NCBI GenBank assembly: GCA_030390025.1
Contig: CM059432.1
Span: 102,674,001 to 102,738,000, forward strand
Length of the DNA: 64,000 nucleotides
Reading direction: 5' to 3'
Source: Squalus acanthias
Taxonomy: Eukaryota
Both the position numbers and the translations under genes were made by a program. Of the stretch, positions 63,835 to 64,000 are shown piece after piece (positions within the stretch are counted from its first letter, which is position 1; every line of letters starts with the position of its first letter). The notes below the pieces were generated by a model. That model saw only the letters and a program-made list of their open reading frames with translations, did not search any database and was not told the DNA's origin.

Positions 63835-64000
63835 CTCATTGATTTCTTTGATGAAGTAACAGAGAGAGTTGATGAAGGTAGTGCAGTAGATGTTGTATAT
63901 ATGGACTTTCAAAAGGCATTTGATAAAGTACCACATAACAGATTTATTCGGAAAATAGAAGCACATGGTATTAAAGGAACAGTGGTAACTTGGATAGGAC

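Larger units (their letters stand above)
61060..63960 (+). mobile_element. CR1-type LINE (ORF1 esterase end, ORF2 endonuclease and RT start), decayed; runs off the window
   Basis: REGFRFLGH and DLYKPDRLHLNRAG (ORF1). ITETWL, GVYYRPPN, KSPGLDGMHPR and YMDFQKAFDKVPH (ORF2). Confidence 0.85.

Noticed and set aside
1..64000. CRISPR arrays, rRNA or true tRNA genes
   Set aside because: None seen; tRNA-like boxes occur only in SINE heads.

Overview
This is a repeat-dominated vertebrate window, most likely from a cartilaginous fish, judging by the Deu-domain SINEs, HER1/CR1-type LINEs and hammerhead-bearing Penelope-like remnants. No host protein-coding gene could be supported. The centre (about 19.66-52.5 kb) is a four-level nest. 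A decayed PIF/Harbinger transposon has, inside intron 1 of its Myb/SANT gene, a minus-strand retrovirus-like LTR element. That element has ~1.5-kb LTRs, a tRNA-Arg-like PBS, a PPT, gag-UGA/CUAG-pro-pol, a degenerate tether RNase H plus a second RNase H, and integrase, but no env. It carries a CR1 LINE, two foreign solo LTRs, a Harbinger inside one solo LTR and a near-identical 7.75-kb tandem duplication. Most striking, two clearly different Harbinger elements sit at the same nucleotide in the two LTRs: an apparently intact two-gene autonomous copy in one and a 0.9-kb deletion derivative in the other. The flanks hold more Harbinger remnants and MITEs, CR1 fragments, SINEs and Penelope-like hairpins with minimal hammerhead ribozyme cores. 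All identities quoted are by-eye estimates, not computed values.
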